The notes: a model not told the origin generated them from the sequence alone. 64,000 bases of DNA from an uncultured virus (IMG/VR IMGVR_UViG_2548877036_000001) (IMGVR_UViG_2548877036_000001), one strand, 5' to 3'. Counted from the stretch's first letter, positions 9,584 to 19,771 are shown. Program-made: numbers and translations.

Positions 9584-10426
9584 ATGCCAGCATTCACCCC
9601 TCGACTCGGGCCGTTGACACCGGCGGCTCAGGCTGTCGCTGACAGCGTCTCCGCAAGGTTCGCGGGAAGCCCGACTCGGTTCTACCCGTCGATCGAGCGT
9701 GACCCCCAAGAACCATACTCGGCGGTCATCGCGCAGAGCTCAGATCTGACCTGGCGCAAAGGTCGTGGAAAGTCCCGCAAGGGATTCGGTCTCTGGATTC
9801 GCCCCAGGACCACACCCACGATGAAAGCCGTGCCTACCCGCATCTGCGAGAACATCGCTGCCTGCGCCGCACTTGGACTGAGCTACTGGAGCGAAGCGCC
9901 GGATCATGGGGCGTTGTGGGCGTTGGACACCGAGACCGTCATTCACATGGTGATGATCACTCGCCATTCGAATACCGCGAAGCACATCTGCGGCACCGAC
10001 AAGGCACTGCGCTACGGAGACACTCGCAGGCGTTGCACCGGTACCGGCGAAAGCGCCGAGTACGCGGCTACACCTGACGACGAAGGATTGTGGGCGCTCG
10101 CCGATTTTCGCCCCACCCCAGGTGCCTTCATTCCCACGGTCGACACACCCGCACAACGGGACCCGCGGAAGGCGGTGAAACTCAAGATCGACCAACAGTT
10201 GCTGCTGTTCGTTGCTGCTCAGATCCGCGAAAACAACAGCGCCATCAGCACCCTTGATGCGGAGATACTTGCCGCTCTGTACTCGCCCCGTCAGTATTCG
10301 AGCTCCTTAACACTCAGCGTCTCGGTCGCACGCGACCTCATGCCACTCATCGAAGCTGAGATCAAGCGCCGAGCCGAGGCCGGCAATGAATGCGCCACCA
10401 ACATGCGAGAGGCTGCCATAGCATGA
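9584..10426 (+). CDS. hypothetical protein
   Basis: 280-aa ORF, first gene of a coupled run. Confidence 0.7.
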   Translation: MPAFTPRLGPLTPAAQAVADSVSARFAGSPTRFYPSIERDPQEPYSAVIAQSSDLTWRKGRGKSRKGFGLWIRPRTTPTMKAVPTRICENIAACAALGLSYWSEAPDHGALWALDTETVIHMVMITRHSNTAKHICGTDKALRYGDTRRRCTGTGESAEYAATPDDEGLWALADFRPTPGAFIPTVDTPAQRDPRKAVKLKIDQQLLLFVAAQIRENNSAISTLDAEILAALYSPRQYSSSLTLSVSVARDLMPLIEAEIKRRAEAGNECATNMREAAIA

Positions 10427-11058
10427 GCTACTACCCCGATGGAATGACGCTGCGCCCCTTAGACTATTGGCCCGGTGAGTTCCCAAACATACACGTTCGC
10501 TCTCCCTTCTCTGCGCCGCTGAAGACAACTCTTGGGGAGCTCGATCGCGAGTTGTCGTTCCTCGGTTCGGGCAACTCGAATGCCGCGTCTGTTCTCGAGC
10601 TCGCCCTCCGGGAGCGAGATTTCCGGGTCGACGGCCTGCCACGAGCCGACGCACGGCCACAGCACCCGGGCGTGATTCTGCGTATCGAGTCGCGCTTCGG
10701 TCCTCTGTCGTATCCCGCAGCGAAGTTCACGACATGGCAAGACAACCTGCGCGCGATCACCCTGGGGCTCAATGGGCTCCGGCGTCTCGACCGCTACGGA
10801 ATCACTCCCGGAAGCGAGCAGTACACCGGGTGGAAGCAGCTTCCGTCGGCGGGACAGTCGAGTGTGGCGACCCCCAACGCGGATGACGCCGAGAAGTTCC
10901 TGCGCGATCTCACGGGAAATTACGACGCACCGCTGGACAAGGTGTACCGAGCCTCACGGCGCGAAATGCATCCTGACCGACACGATAACGACCAGGAGAT
11001 GTGGGACAGGGTCGAGGCAGCTGGCGACGTTCTGCGACGCGCCGGACGCCTGGCGTGA
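10423..11058 (+). CDS. phage-type protein with C-terminal J-domain-like HPD motif
   Basis: VYRASRREMHPDRH near the C-terminus; WQDNLRAITLGLNGLRRLDRYG core. Confidence 0.7.
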   Translation: MSYYPDGMTLRPLDYWPGEFPNIHVRSPFSAPLKTTLGELDRELSFLGSGNSNAASVLELALRERDFRVDGLPRADARPQHPGVILRIESRFGPLSYPAAKFTTWQDNLRAITLGLNGLRRLDRYGITPGSEQYTGWKQLPSAGQSSVATPNADDAEKFLRDLTGNYDAPLDKVYRASRREMHPDRHDNDQEMWDRVEAAGDVLRRAGRLA

Positions 11059-11059
11059 G

Positions 11060-11482
11060 ATGCCGGAATCCCGCAACCAACCGCTACCTGTTCGTCCGCC
11101 CCGTGTTATCGCCAACAGCATCGAAAGGACTCGAGCAGCCTTGAACGACAAAGAGGCACTACCCATCGGCACCGAAGTGGTCGTATACGGACGATCACTC
11201 CAACTCGGAATCATTGAGAGCGGTCCAGAAGAGAATCTGTTGGGAAACGTCGCATACCGGATCCGTTGCGAGAACGGCGAGATCCTCAGACGCGCACCGT
11301 CGATTGTCGTGCGACGCACCGACTTCGCCACCAGCTGGCATGTCTGGAAAGACGACCAGGTCATCGCCGGCGGCCCAGAAATCTCACGCGAACGAATGGA
11401 CCAGTATGCCGCTGAGCACGGTGGAGAGGTCCTCTACGGCTGGCCAGAAGGTCATCCGGAAGCGCAGACAGCGCCGCAGTGA
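11060..11482 (+). CDS. hypothetical protein
   Basis: ATG 11060 immediately after the previous stop. Confidence 0.55.
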   Translation: MPESRNQPLPVRPPRVIANSIERTRAALNDKEALPIGTEVVVYGRSLQLGIIESGPEENLLGNVAYRIRCENGEILRRAPSIVVRRTDFATSWHVWKDDQVIAGGPEISRERMDQYAAEHGGEVLYGWPEGHPEAQTAPQ

Positions 11483-11504
11483 ACTGAAAGGACTATGAAC
11501 CACC

Positions 11505-12335
11505 GTGAGTGACAAGACCATTGCGCGCATCGCCGCACTGCTGAACAAAGCGGACAACACCGACAACGAGCACGAGGCCGACGCGTTCCTCAAGGCCGCA
11601 CAGCGCATCGCCACGCTCGAATCGATCGACCTGGCCAAAGCACGGGCACACACTCGGTCCAAGGAATCGACGACGCCGGAGCAGCGGGAGATTGTCATAG
11701 GAGGGCGCCGCCAGCGAGGCTTGACCACACTCATCGAGCTGTTCTTGGAGATCGCCGCGGCCAACGATGTGCGCGTAGCCGTGGCACACAACAACACGCG
11801 GGTCTACGCCCACGGGTACCGCGATGACATCGACGTGGTGCAATCCCTGTACGTTCGCCTGCTCCCACAGATGGCCGCGGCTAGCCACGCGTTCCTGGCG
11901 CGCGGGGACTACCAGCGCGAGGAAGTGCCATATTCCGTTCGGGTTCGCGATCGTGGCACCGGCGCCCAGGTCTGGGAAACGCGCTACAAGCCGATGGCCA
12001 CCATCACCGCGCGGCTGGAATTCCAAGCGGGTTTTGCACGGCGCATCGGCCGGCGGCTCTGGGAAGCCCGACGCGACGCCGAGGCTGAGTCTCGCGCGAC
12101 CGATCCCATCGACCCTGGACAAGGTGCATCCACAGAGCTGGTTCTGGCAGACAAGCGCAAGGCAGTGGCGGACTACTACAAGAAGTACTCGAACACCGGT
12201 CGGCGAACACACCGTGGATACCGTCCCAATACCGTGAGCTTCATCAGTCGCGACGCCGGCGACCGTGCTGGACAGCGCGCGAAGCTGGGTGCTGATACCG
12301 AGATCGCCCACGCCAAGGCCGCGTTGAGCGCCTGA
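11505..12335 (+). CDS. DUF2786-domain protein
   Basis: DKTIARIAALLNKADNTDNEHEADAFLKAAQR N-terminus. Confidence 0.85.
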   Translation: MSDKTIARIAALLNKADNTDNEHEADAFLKAAQRIATLESIDLAKARAHTRSKESTTPEQREIVIGGRRQRGLTTLIELFLEIAAANDVRVAVAHNNTRVYAHGYRDDIDVVQSLYVRLLPQMAAASHAFLARGDYQREEVPYSVRVRDRGTGAQVWETRYKPMATITARLEFQAGFARRIGRRLWEARRDAEAESRATDPIDPGQGASTELVLADKRKAVADYYKKYSNTGRRTHRGYRPNTVSFISRDAGDRAGQRAKLGADTEIAHAKAALSA

Positions 12336-12336
12336 C

Positions 12337-12867
12337 ATGTTGACACGCGACTTTCAACGCCAGGCCGTGTACGACGCCGAAATCATCGTGCGCCGACTGT
12401 TCGATAATGCCCGCACAGGGCAGAACCCCGTTGTCACGCTTGGGGGCGTCACCCTCACATTGCCGCCCGAAGCGTTGTTCGGTGACCTACAGAGCGCCGA
12501 GACGCATGCCAACCGAGTCCTGGCCCTGCCGCAGGTCCAAGAACGGTTCGGAGCCGCCAGAGCGGTGCGGGTCCGGCGGCGTCAAGGACTGCACCGTGCC
12601 CATTACGAACCACGACGAGCCGTCATCGCGATCCCCGACGATGTGCGCTGGGCATTACGTGAGCTGGTGCTGCTACACGAGCTGGCGCACCATCTCGACC
12701 CATCCCGGAAAGATGTGAGTCACTGCATTCACGGGCCAGTGTTCGTCGACACCTACTTCACCCTCTTGGAGCTGGTGATGGCACCCGAAGCCGCGCTAGC
12801 GGCACGGATCATCTTCCGCGACAACGACATCGTCCACTCAACCCCTCAGAATTCGGAGGCGTCGTGA
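12337..12867 (+). CDS. TIGR04338-like HEXXH metallohydrolase
   Basis: RDFQRQAVYDAE, WALRELVLLHELAHH, HGPVF; usual partner of DUF2786 genes. Confidence 0.85.
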   Translation: MLTRDFQRQAVYDAEIIVRRLFDNARTGQNPVVTLGGVTLTLPPEALFGDLQSAETHANRVLALPQVQERFGAARAVRVRRRQGLHRAHYEPRRAVIAIPDDVRWALRELVLLHELAHHLDPSRKDVSHCIHGPVFVDTYFTLLELVMAPEAALAARIIFRDNDIVHSTPQNSEAS

Positions 12868-13175
12868 AGTATCCCGCAGATTTCGTGAGCGCCGATCTCG
12901 GCTGGTGCCGTATCCATCGCGGTCACGGTCTGGAAGTGAATGAACTACTGGCGGACCTGACAGAGTGCGGAGGGAGCGCGCGGCGCGACGGTGAAGAGAC
13001 CATCGTCGAGCAAGTCCACCTGTACTACCAACCGCGCATCAAATGGTGCGGTCGCCACGGCGATCCGTGTGACAACGAAGGAGAATGGCACGGTCACTGG
13101 TTCGCGGCTCGTCCGAGCACCGACACGGCGTTCACCCTGGTCTACTGGGGCAGACCAAAGGAGGCAGCCGCGTGA
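12864..13175 (+). CDS. hypothetical protein
   Basis: 103-aa coupled ORF. Confidence 0.6.
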   Translation: MKYPADFVSADLGWCRIHRGHGLEVNELLADLTECGGSARRDGEETIVEQVHLYYQPRIKWCGRHGDPCDNEGEWHGHWFAARPSTDTAFTLVYWGRPKEAAA

Positions 13176-14131
13176 CATGCCGCTACGGCACCGAGCCCGA
13201 ATTCCCAACACGGAAGGCCGCAGACGCCTGCGCAGAGGCCCGCAAGCGCGAGCTGGACGCGGAGTTTCAGGGCCGCATTCGGCAGCCGTGGTATCCCTTT
13301 CCCTGCTCGGACGGTAACCACTGGCACTTGGCCCTCTCTCCGCAGGGCCCTGCGGTCTGCCCATGGTGCCGGCTTGTGAGGACTGCATGGTACGGCGGCC
13401 TGGACCACGAGGCGTGGGTCATGGCGGATCACCGCGGAGTTGACGGGCGGCCCTGCCCAGCTGTAACGCTCCCAGCGCTGCGCATGGTCCCTTTCGCGGC
13501 CGCCCGTCCTGTCTGGATTCTCGGTTTTGAGGACGTGTTGAGCCGGCATCGCTCAGGCGCTCCGGGGGCCTCCTGTGAGATCGACTTGGCGACGCAGGGT
13601 GTAACTCGGTATCTGGAGCCTTGGAGTCAGCGTTGGTCACCGGAACTCTGCAGCTTAATCTCCAAAGCGGTGAGCGTTGGAATCGACGTGCGCTGGCTGG
13701 TTCTGTCGCACCCCGGTGTCGCGGTCCTTCGAGCCTTTACCGACGCCTTGGCAGGTGACCTGCCAGACATCCCGATCCTCACTGAGCTCGATATGCCACG
13801 CGAGTATCGACTTCCCCGTCACGGGTTCACCGGTACGGGCATCGAGCCGGGCTGGGAATCTGACGCTGTGATGGCGTTGGTTCCGCAAGCCTCTCCCCTG
13901 CTCTGGACTCCAAGCTTTCAATGCGCCTGCGATTCGGAATTTGTGTGCGGCAGTGACCGCGTGGACCGCACCACGAAAAGCGTAGTGCGCCGGCGCGAAG
14001 GATCAACCACGGTGATCACTCCGAAATCCATCCGCGGACGGATAACGTTCATGACCGATCACGACATGAAGACGATTGCTAAATGGGTGCGCTGGAACGA
14101 TCAGGAAGAAGGGGCAAGTGGGAGCTGTTGA
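13172..14131 (+). CDS. Zn-binding domain fused to a degenerate HAD-like domain
   Basis: GTG 13172; N-terminal WYPFPCSDGNHWHL/CPWC; RPVWILGFEDVL resembles HAD motif I lacking the first Asp. Confidence 0.55.
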   Translation: MTCRYGTEPEFPTRKAADACAEARKRELDAEFQGRIRQPWYPFPCSDGNHWHLALSPQGPAVCPWCRLVRTAWYGGLDHEAWVMADHRGVDGRPCPAVTLPALRMVPFAAARPVWILGFEDVLSRHRSGAPGASCEIDLATQGVTRYLEPWSQRWSPELCSLISKAVSVGIDVRWLVLSHPGVAVLRAFTDALAGDLPDIPILTELDMPREYRLPRHGFTGTGIEPGWESDAVMALVPQASPLLWTPSFQCACDSEFVCGSDRVDRTTKSVVRRREGSTTVITPKSIRGRITFMTDHDMKTIAKWVRWNDQEEGASGSC

Positions 14132-14405
14132 TCGTGCTGACGCAGGTCCTCCCAGTGAACTCGATGTCGTCAAACTACGACGCGAGCTCCGCGCCAAAGA
14201 TGAACGTGATGAAGCCCTGGCATACGCCGATTGTCGCGATGTGACTCTGCCTGCGGGGAGCATCGGAACGGTGCTCGTGATTACCGAGTTGCCCGGTAAA
14301 CCCACCGGATACCTGGTCGAGTTCTCCGACGACGAAGGCGCAGCCATCGCGATGCCGTGGCTGACTGCCGACGACTTCGAAGTCGTCGAGCCACACCGCA
14401 AGTAG
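14118..14405 (+). CDS. DUF4926-like small protein
   Basis: ELDVVKLRR..LPAGSIGTVL..YLVEFSDDEG pattern. Confidence 0.6.
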   Translation: MGAVDRADAGPPSELDVVKLRRELRAKDERDEALAYADCRDVTLPAGSIGTVLVITELPGKPTGYLVEFSDDEGAAIAMPWLTADDFEVVEPHRK

Positions 14406-14410
14406 CGGAC

Positions 14411-15328
14411 CTACATGCTGGGTAGCCCGGGCCAGCCAGGAATCGCTTTCTCAGCCTTCGGCTTGGTAACTGTCCACTGCGCTTTAGCTTTTCGAGCATC
14501 GGGACCATCGGGCATCGAGTCGCTGCACTGCTGGCGCCGGTGACCAAATTCTGAAAAACCTTCCGAGTGATCGCTGCCGGCCAGATCCGGGTGAGATTCC
14601 CAGCCGCTGTCTGGGTCGGCACCGCGGATCCGCCATGGCGTGAACACGTTTTGCGCCGGCTGCGAAGCATCACCTTCCTGATCGCGGGCCGTCACTGCCC
14701 CTTCGGCGTCGCTGATCTCGACGTGCCAGAGCCGAATGTCTTTGAGAGGCTCACTGGGTTGTCCTTCCCAGCCGGGAAGGGTCGTCACCGGGCTGTATCT
14801 ATCGCCGTCATCACGAAACATCTTGTACAACCCATCGCACACGTAGGCCTGCCATCCTCCGGGAACTTTCTTCAACGACTGGATGTGAAGTAACTCATTG
14901 CCGTAGAAGCGTTTTGAGGTGTATCGCTGTCGATCACTTCGATAGATATCGCCGTAGGATTCGTCCAATGTCGGCCGTGTGCTGGTCAGCATGTACGGCG
15001 GGACCTCGCGGGGCTGGATGAAATTTTCGTAGGTGAGCTCTTGGTTCTCCGGAACTGCCGCCTCAAATCCCGGGTATGCCGCGCCCATGTTCGACTCCAT
15101 CAGCACAACGCGCCAGGACTCCACATACGCACGTAACGGCACCGCGGGCCCGGACGCAAGGTCTATCCCCGGCTCGGCTGTCCACCGGAATTGGAAATCG
15201 GCCAGATTCGCCCGCCAGTCCAACGGTGTATCGGGTAGCTGTCCGGGGGTTCGCCACAGCGGCACGCTCCCCACCAGAGCGGCGGCCAGCAGCGCAGCTG
15301 CCGCACCTCCAAACACCGTCCTGATCAT
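14411..15328 (-). CDS. secreted/membrane-anchored hypothetical protein
   Basis: hydrophobic N-terminus; FRWTAEPGIDL motif. Confidence 0.75.
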   Translation of the reverse strand: MIRTVFGGAAAALLAAALVGSVPLWRTPGQLPDTPLDWRANLADFQFRWTAEPGIDLASGPAVPLRAYVESWRVVLMESNMGAAYPGFEAAVPENQELTYENFIQPREVPPYMLTSTRPTLDESYGDIYRSDRQRYTSKRFYGNELLHIQSLKKVPGGWQAYVCDGLYKMFRDDGDRYSPVTTLPGWEGQPSEPLKDIRLWHVEISDAEGAVTARDQEGDASQPAQNVFTPWRIRGADPDSGWESHPDLAGSDHSEGFSEFGHRRQQCSDSMPDGPDARKAKAQWTVTKPKAEKAIPGWPGLPSM

Positions 15329-15443
15329 GCACTCCCCCTCTACGCATTGGGAATGGCCCCTAATACCCGCCCCAAACCGCTCGCGCTGATCCTATCCTCG
15401 CCTTCACGACGCAGAACAGGGCCACTCAGCGCCCGGTCTTCCT

Positions 15444-15623
15444 CTAGTCGGTGATCAGTCGGAGGTGCCGGCCGTCACGCCCCTCACAACGCGCAAGCAG
15501 CGCGATCGCGTCGTCGCGGAGGCTGCGGCCAACCGGCGACAGCAGGCGTGGATCGCGCGCGGCAAGGCGCCGAGCTGACGCGAGCATTTGCGTCTCCAGC
15601 CAATGTGCGTCCTTGGCACTCAC
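15444..15623 (-). CDS. small hypothetical protein
   Basis: GTG 15623 overlapping the upstream stop; AGGAG RBS. Confidence 0.45.
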   Translation of the reverse strand: MSAKDAHWLETQMLASARRLAARDPRLLSPVGRSLRDDAIALLARCEGRDGRHLRLITD

Positions 15624-16186
15624 GTCAGCTCCTGCACTCCGGGATGCCCTTCCCCGGCTGCAGCCTCCTGGTGTAGATCCTTGGCGATCCGGGCAGCTGC
15701 ACGTAGACCCATCACGGAGTAGGCGATCACCGACAACCCCCACAGGACCAGCATCGCGTACCGGATTGGGTCGAGGTACTCAGGGCCTGGCGTCGGGATT
15801 ATCAGTGCTAGCGCGCCGATGGCGGCATACAGCGCCAACGCCAACCCGCGGGAGGTTCGCAGCCATTGCCGACTCGCGAGGAATGGTCCGGCCAGTAGCC
15901 CGATACCGAATGCGAAGACGAAGGCGGCCCAGCCGAGCACAGCTGAGAAATCATGAATAATGTCGTAGCTCGACATACCGAAGCGATCACAACCCACACG
16001 CCGCGGGTCGTCGTACTCAAGTGCGCATAAGAACTCGCTTGTTCGCGTCCGCACTAACCAGCGCAGAGCCATGAACAGCCCGGTCACCGCGCTGAACACC
16101 AGCGACGCGATGGCCAGGTCCGACGCGTCGGGATCTCGTCCTTCGCCGCTGGATCCGCTTGGAACAACAATGGGAATCGGAATCAT
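15620..16186 (-). CDS. multi-pass membrane protein
   Basis: several hydrophobic segments; coupled ORF. Confidence 0.65.
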   Translation of the reverse strand: MIPIPIVVPSGSSGEGRDPDASDLAIASLVFSAVTGLFMALRWLVRTRTSEFLCALEYDDPRRVGCDRFGMSSYDIIHDFSAVLGWAAFVFAFGIGLLAGPFLASRQWLRTSRGLALALYAAIGALALIIPTPGPEYLDPIRYAMLVLWGLSVIAYSVMGLRAAARIAKDLHQEAAAGEGHPGVQELT

Positions 16187-16590
16187 TGGGTCTGCCTGCT
16201 TTCGTGTTTGGTGTAGACGTATGGGCCAGCGCCAGAATCGACGATCACAGGTATTCCCGCGGCGTCCGCCCGCCTGACGCAGTCCCAGGTACCGCGAGAA
16301 TCCGCGTCAGGAAAAGCAAGGCAGACGTCGGCGCCGAGGTCGACCATCTCTTGGTTCCGCAAGGGGCCAGCGGCTTTACCGTGTACTTGCCACGCCGCTG
16401 GATGAGGTTCGACCACGAACCCAAGCCTGTCGCCAATCGCGGCTGCGATAATGTCCGCCCCGCCGTAGGGACATGCACCATGCACCACCGTCACCGTTCT
16501 CGGGTGGAGGTCGGACGCAGCTTCACGGAGGGCGGTTTCGATTGTGGCCTGATCTGTCCAGCGGCGGCTGCCGGTAATCAGAATGCGCAT
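16183..16590 (-). CDS. DUF2493/YspA-like SLOG family protein
   Basis: MRILITGSRRW, VVHGAC..GAD, AAGPLRNQEMV, SRGTWDC. Confidence 0.85.
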   Translation of the reverse strand: MRILITGSRRWTDQATIETALREAASDLHPRTVTVVHGACPYGGADIIAAAIGDRLGFVVEPHPAAWQVHGKAAGPLRNQEMVDLGADVCLAFPDADSRGTWDCVRRADAAGIPVIVDSGAGPYVYTKHESRQTQ

Positions 16591-16892
16591 CAGCACTCTT
16601 CTGCAATCGCTTTGGCCTGGATAGGCTCACCGTCGTCCGGCTGGGTCACTGCGCGACACAGCAGCTCTTTGAGCACCGAGTCTGCGACGCCATCGAGAAC
16701 CATTCGAACCACGAAATCAACGTCACCATGGTCGGCGCCGCACTTCTTCTTGTGACACTCAGGAAACCGCCATTGCACATCCGCGCGACTGAGCGCGGTC
16801 GCATAGATGGCCTGCCGGACGCGCGGCCACAACGCCATATCACCCACTAGTTGTGGAGTCTTGACCGACCTGCTGTCGACGTCACCGGTCAT
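16590..16892 (-). CDS. hypothetical protein
   Basis: ATG 16892; TGATG coupling to the SLOG gene. Confidence 0.55.
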   Translation of the reverse strand: MTGDVDSRSVKTPQLVGDMALWPRVRQAIYATALSRADVQWRFPECHKKKCGADHGDVDFVVRMVLDGVADSVLKELLCRAVTQPDDGEPIQAKAIAEEC

Positions 16893-17239
16893 GCTGTATC
16901 CGCGGTGGATTCGCACACTCTGACCACGCGACGAAGGCCACCGCGGGTCCGGTGTTGCATCACAACTTCGAACGTAGAGAAGAGGGCGCCGATAAAACTT
17001 GCCGCAGGTAGCGGCAATACCGCGCAGGTAAAGGCCAGAAGGCCTATTTCGAGTACAAAGATGCCCACCTGATTGGCCGCACCGATGCGGCGCCACCGTC
17101 GATAGTCCTGAGCTCCGGCGTCATTGGCTATCTGCGAAAGCGCGAGCGTCGCGCGCTCTCGTGGTGTCAGTCGGAATAGAGAAACCGCCACCGCGCCGTC
17201 CATGAAAGGCACGAGGCGTGACCGGACGCGGACGCTCAC
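16889..17239 (-). CDS. hypothetical membrane protein
   Basis: coupled ORF with hydrophobic stretch. Confidence 0.5.
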   Translation of the reverse strand: MSVRVRSRLVPFMDGAVAVSLFRLTPRERATLALSQIANDAGAQDYRRWRRIGAANQVGIFVLEIGLLAFTCAVLPLPAASFIGALFSTFEVVMQHRTRGGLRRVVRVCESTADTA

Positions 17240-17574
17240 CTGTCACCACCAGCGACCGGCTGCTTGTCGTTCCAATCACAGTCGGCAGCAACGCCGTTCA
17301 CATGGTTGTAGCGGGGGTCGCCGTCATAGGCGTGCTCGTAACACAGCACCTTCTCCTTGCCACCAGGAAGAAGCATCCAGTAGGTGCTGAACCCGCCATC
17401 GACATTGGGGGTTTTCGTCTCTGGCGCCGGGGCCGGAATCGGCTTCGTCGTTGGTGTAGTAGGGCTCTCGAACCCGGGAAGCAGGGTGTCCGTACTGCAC
17501 CCCACCACTGATCCAGCCACGCCACCGAAGATCAGCGATGCCGCCACGATGCGGGGAACCAGGCGGCGGGTCAC
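17236..17574 (-). CDS. putative lipoprotein
   Basis: signal peptide ending VVGC-S. Confidence 0.65.
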   Translation of the reverse strand: MTRRLVPRIVAASLIFGGVAGSVVGCSTDTLLPGFESPTTPTTKPIPAPAPETKTPNVDGGFSTYWMLLPGGKEKVLCYEHAYDGDPRYNHVNGVAADCDWNDKQPVAGGDR

Positions 17575-17681
17575 CGGCGTATCCCGGCAATCACAACAGC
17601 AGCGATCGCCACGATTATGGCGATGAGCACCGCTGCCGCAGGCCAGCCATGCAAGCTCTGCAATGGGGTGTTGAAGTCCAT
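17571..17681 (-). CDS. small membrane peptide (36 aa)
   Basis: read manually: MDFNTPLQSLHGWPAAAVLIAIIVAIAAVVIAGIRR; fills the gap between coupled genes. Confidence 0.5.
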   Translation of the reverse strand: MDFNTPLQSLHGWPAAAVLIAIIVAIAAVVIAGIRR

Positions 17682-17686
17682 GTTCC

Positions 17687-18004
17687 TCAGCCCTTCTCGC
17701 TGCGTGGTTCGGACCCCAGACTCAGCAGCGTGGTGAGGTTGAGATCGCGCTGAATGTTCCCGCCCGTCACGGTGTCGACGACGAGCAAGGTCCCGGTCAC
17801 GATGATGGCGATCAGGGCGACGTGCAGGAGCTTTCTCACGATGCCGCTGACAGCAGTGATCACGGCGACAACAACGGCCACCGACGCGGTCGGCCAGTGA
17901 TTCATGCCAGGCACAAGGGTTGTAGCTGTACCGCCGACACCTGTTGTCAACGCTCCAGCCAACGCCATGCGGCGAAAGGCTGCCGTTCTGAACATGACTA
18001 CCAC
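17687..18004 (-). CDS. small membrane protein
   Basis: three hydrophobic segments. Confidence 0.65.
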   Translation of the reverse strand: MVVMFRTAAFRRMALAGALTTGVGGTATTLVPGMNHWPTASVAVVVAVITAVSGIVRKLLHVALIAIIVTGTLLVVDTVTGGNIQRDLNLTTLLSLGSEPRSEKG

Positions 18005-18014
18005 CTATTCCAAT

Positions 18015-18031
18015 TTCTCTAAAATGGAGAA
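18015..18031. promoter_or_regulatory. palindromic box TTCTCY-N5-RGAGAA, copy 2
   Basis: TTCTCT-AAAAT-GGAGAA just upstream of the - strand gene starting at 18004. Confidence 0.7.
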
Positions 18032-18352
18032 TAGATCAGTTGCGCTGAGTAGACAACACTCGGCGCGCGACACGCGCAAACGCGGCGGGACACGTTGCCC
18101 CCTCCCCTCTCGTCGACTCCCGAGAGCCGACGGTCACGTCCCCGACAAGTTGCCTGGCTCGCGTTCGAAGCTCGTGGGCCTCAGCATGTTTACCCATCCC
18201 CTCCAACTTCTTGGCACGGGCCAAGAAGACATCCGCAGCGATTCGATCGGGGGTTCTCGCAGCAGGGTCGACAGAGCGCTTCACAGCGGCAATACCTTTC
18301 TGCCCGCTCGATTTGAGGCCGGGCAATGGGGACACAGACCTATGACATGAAC

Positions 18353-18394
18353 AAGGCCGGAGACGGGGCGCTTCCTACACCCGCCTCCGGCCTT
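18353..18394 (-). terminator. stem-loop, probable terminator
   Basis: AAGGCCGGAG...CTCCGGCCTT inverted repeat after the stop of 18403..18969. Confidence 0.55.
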
Positions 18395-18402
18395 CCGGTA
18401 GC

Positions 18403-18969
18403 TCAGTCGAACAGGTTTCTCATGTCCCCGATCACTTCGGAGTCGAAGGGATTGGCACCCGCCTTGGCATATTTCTCAGCAGCTGCAGCTCTTTCAGAGT
18501 CTGCCTTCGCGGTGTACCGGCGCGCCGCTTCTGCGTTGGTGCGCTCTTCCTCCTGCAGCGCGGCTTCGCTGGCGGTCGTGGGGATTTCGAACTCGACGTG
18601 GGCATCGACCCGTTCTCCGAAAAATCCCTCGGCCAACGCGGACAGTCGCGGGTCGTCCGGTTCAGCGTCGGTGAGATAGGCGATCACCGTGGAGAACACC
18701 ATCGGTGTCTGATTCACGCCGCTCTCGTCGGGCTCAATCTCCTGCATGATGCGGATGCGGCCATGCGTGATCGTTGGGCGAATACCGATTCCAAGACGGT
18801 CCAGCTCATCGCGTACGTCAGCTGCGAGCTCATCAGTTTGTTTGGCGAGGTCGTACTCGTGAGCGCGCAGGATGTCGAACAGCGCAGCTGTGAAGTACAC
18901 CGCCAACGTCGGGGCTCCCGTATCGGCATTGATCGGCCGGAGGTAGGTAGTGCTATCGAGGGCAGTCAT
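18403..18969 (-). CDS. hypothetical protein
   Basis: 188-aa ORF, GAAAGG RBS. Confidence 0.7.
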   Translation of the reverse strand: MTALDSTTYLRPINADTGAPTLAVYFTAALFDILRAHEYDLAKQTDELAADVRDELDRLGIGIRPTITHGRIRIMQEIEPDESGVNQTPMVFSTVIAYLTDAEPDDPRLSALAEGFFGERVDAHVEFEIPTTASEAALQEEERTNAEAARRYTAKADSERAAAAEKYAKAGANPFDSEVIGDMRNLFD

Positions 18970-19059
18970 GATTCAAAGTGCCTTTCATTGGCAGTGATAT
19001 TCATGCGAGATGCTAGGTCTAATGCGTGGTGCATGCGGAGCGCAACACCTATGACGACA

Positions 19060-19093
19060 GAAGACCCGCACCCAGTTGCGAGTGCGGGTCTTC
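19060..19093 (-). terminator. stem-loop, probable terminator
   Basis: GAAGACCCGCAC...GTGCGGGTCTTC 12-bp stem downstream of 19121. Confidence 0.6.
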
Positions 19094-19120
19094 ATATGCC
19101 GTCACACAGCGGTTCGCCGA

Positions 19121-19771
19121 TTAGGCGGCGGACGTCGTCCACCACTGGAATTGGCTGATGGCGGCTTCACGAAGGAAGCCGATCACCTGCTCGACGCTGT
19201 ATCCAACGGCGGCGTATCCCGAGTTCTGATCGTCCAGCGCTCGCAGAACCTTCGCGTCGTTGTCATTGTTGGTAGGGACCTTGATCGCGACACCGGTAAC
19301 CGCCTGTTCGCCGCGATGGAAGCAGGTCACCAGTTCATTGCGGATGTTCTTCTGCATGATCGTGATGTTCTTGGCCTCCGTGAACTGACCGGTGGCCGGA
19401 TCAAGCACGATGTAGTCGACGGTCGGAGCCATGACCTGCTCCTTCTCATACTTGCTGGTGCGCTGAGCGATGCCCAGAAGCCGGAAAAGGATCGGCTTGT
19501 TGAAGTGCTCTTCCGGAATTCCGCCTCCACCACTATTCGGGATAACGCCGATGTTGGGTGCGACAGAACTGACGCCCGCGTAACCCGCCGGCAGACCGAC
19601 AGGAGCGGCGGTCGGCACGGCTGCAGCTGCCACAGGCGCCGCAGCGACGGGGGCAGCTGCAGGAACAGCGGCTGGTGCTGGAGCTGCGGCCGCCGGGGCG
19701 GCTGCCACTGGAGCGGGGGCTGCTGGAGCGGCTGCCACAGGAACAGCGGCAGGAGCGATAGGAGCGGTCAT
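19121..19771 (-). CDS. Ala/Pro-rich N-terminus plus possible OB-fold-like domain
   Basis: ATG 19771 with AGAGG RBS; beta-rich C-terminal domain. Confidence 0.65.
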   Translation of the reverse strand: MTAPIAPAAVPVAAAPAAPAPVAAAPAAAAPAPAAVPAAAPVAAAPVAAAAVPTAAPVGLPAGYAGVSSVAPNIGVIPNSGGGGIPEEHFNKPILFRLLGIAQRTSKYEKEQVMAPTVDYIVLDPATGQFTEAKNITIMQKNIRNELVTCFHRGEQAVTGVAIKVPTNNDNDAKVLRALDDQNSGYAAVGYSVEQVIGFLREAAISQFQWWTTSAA

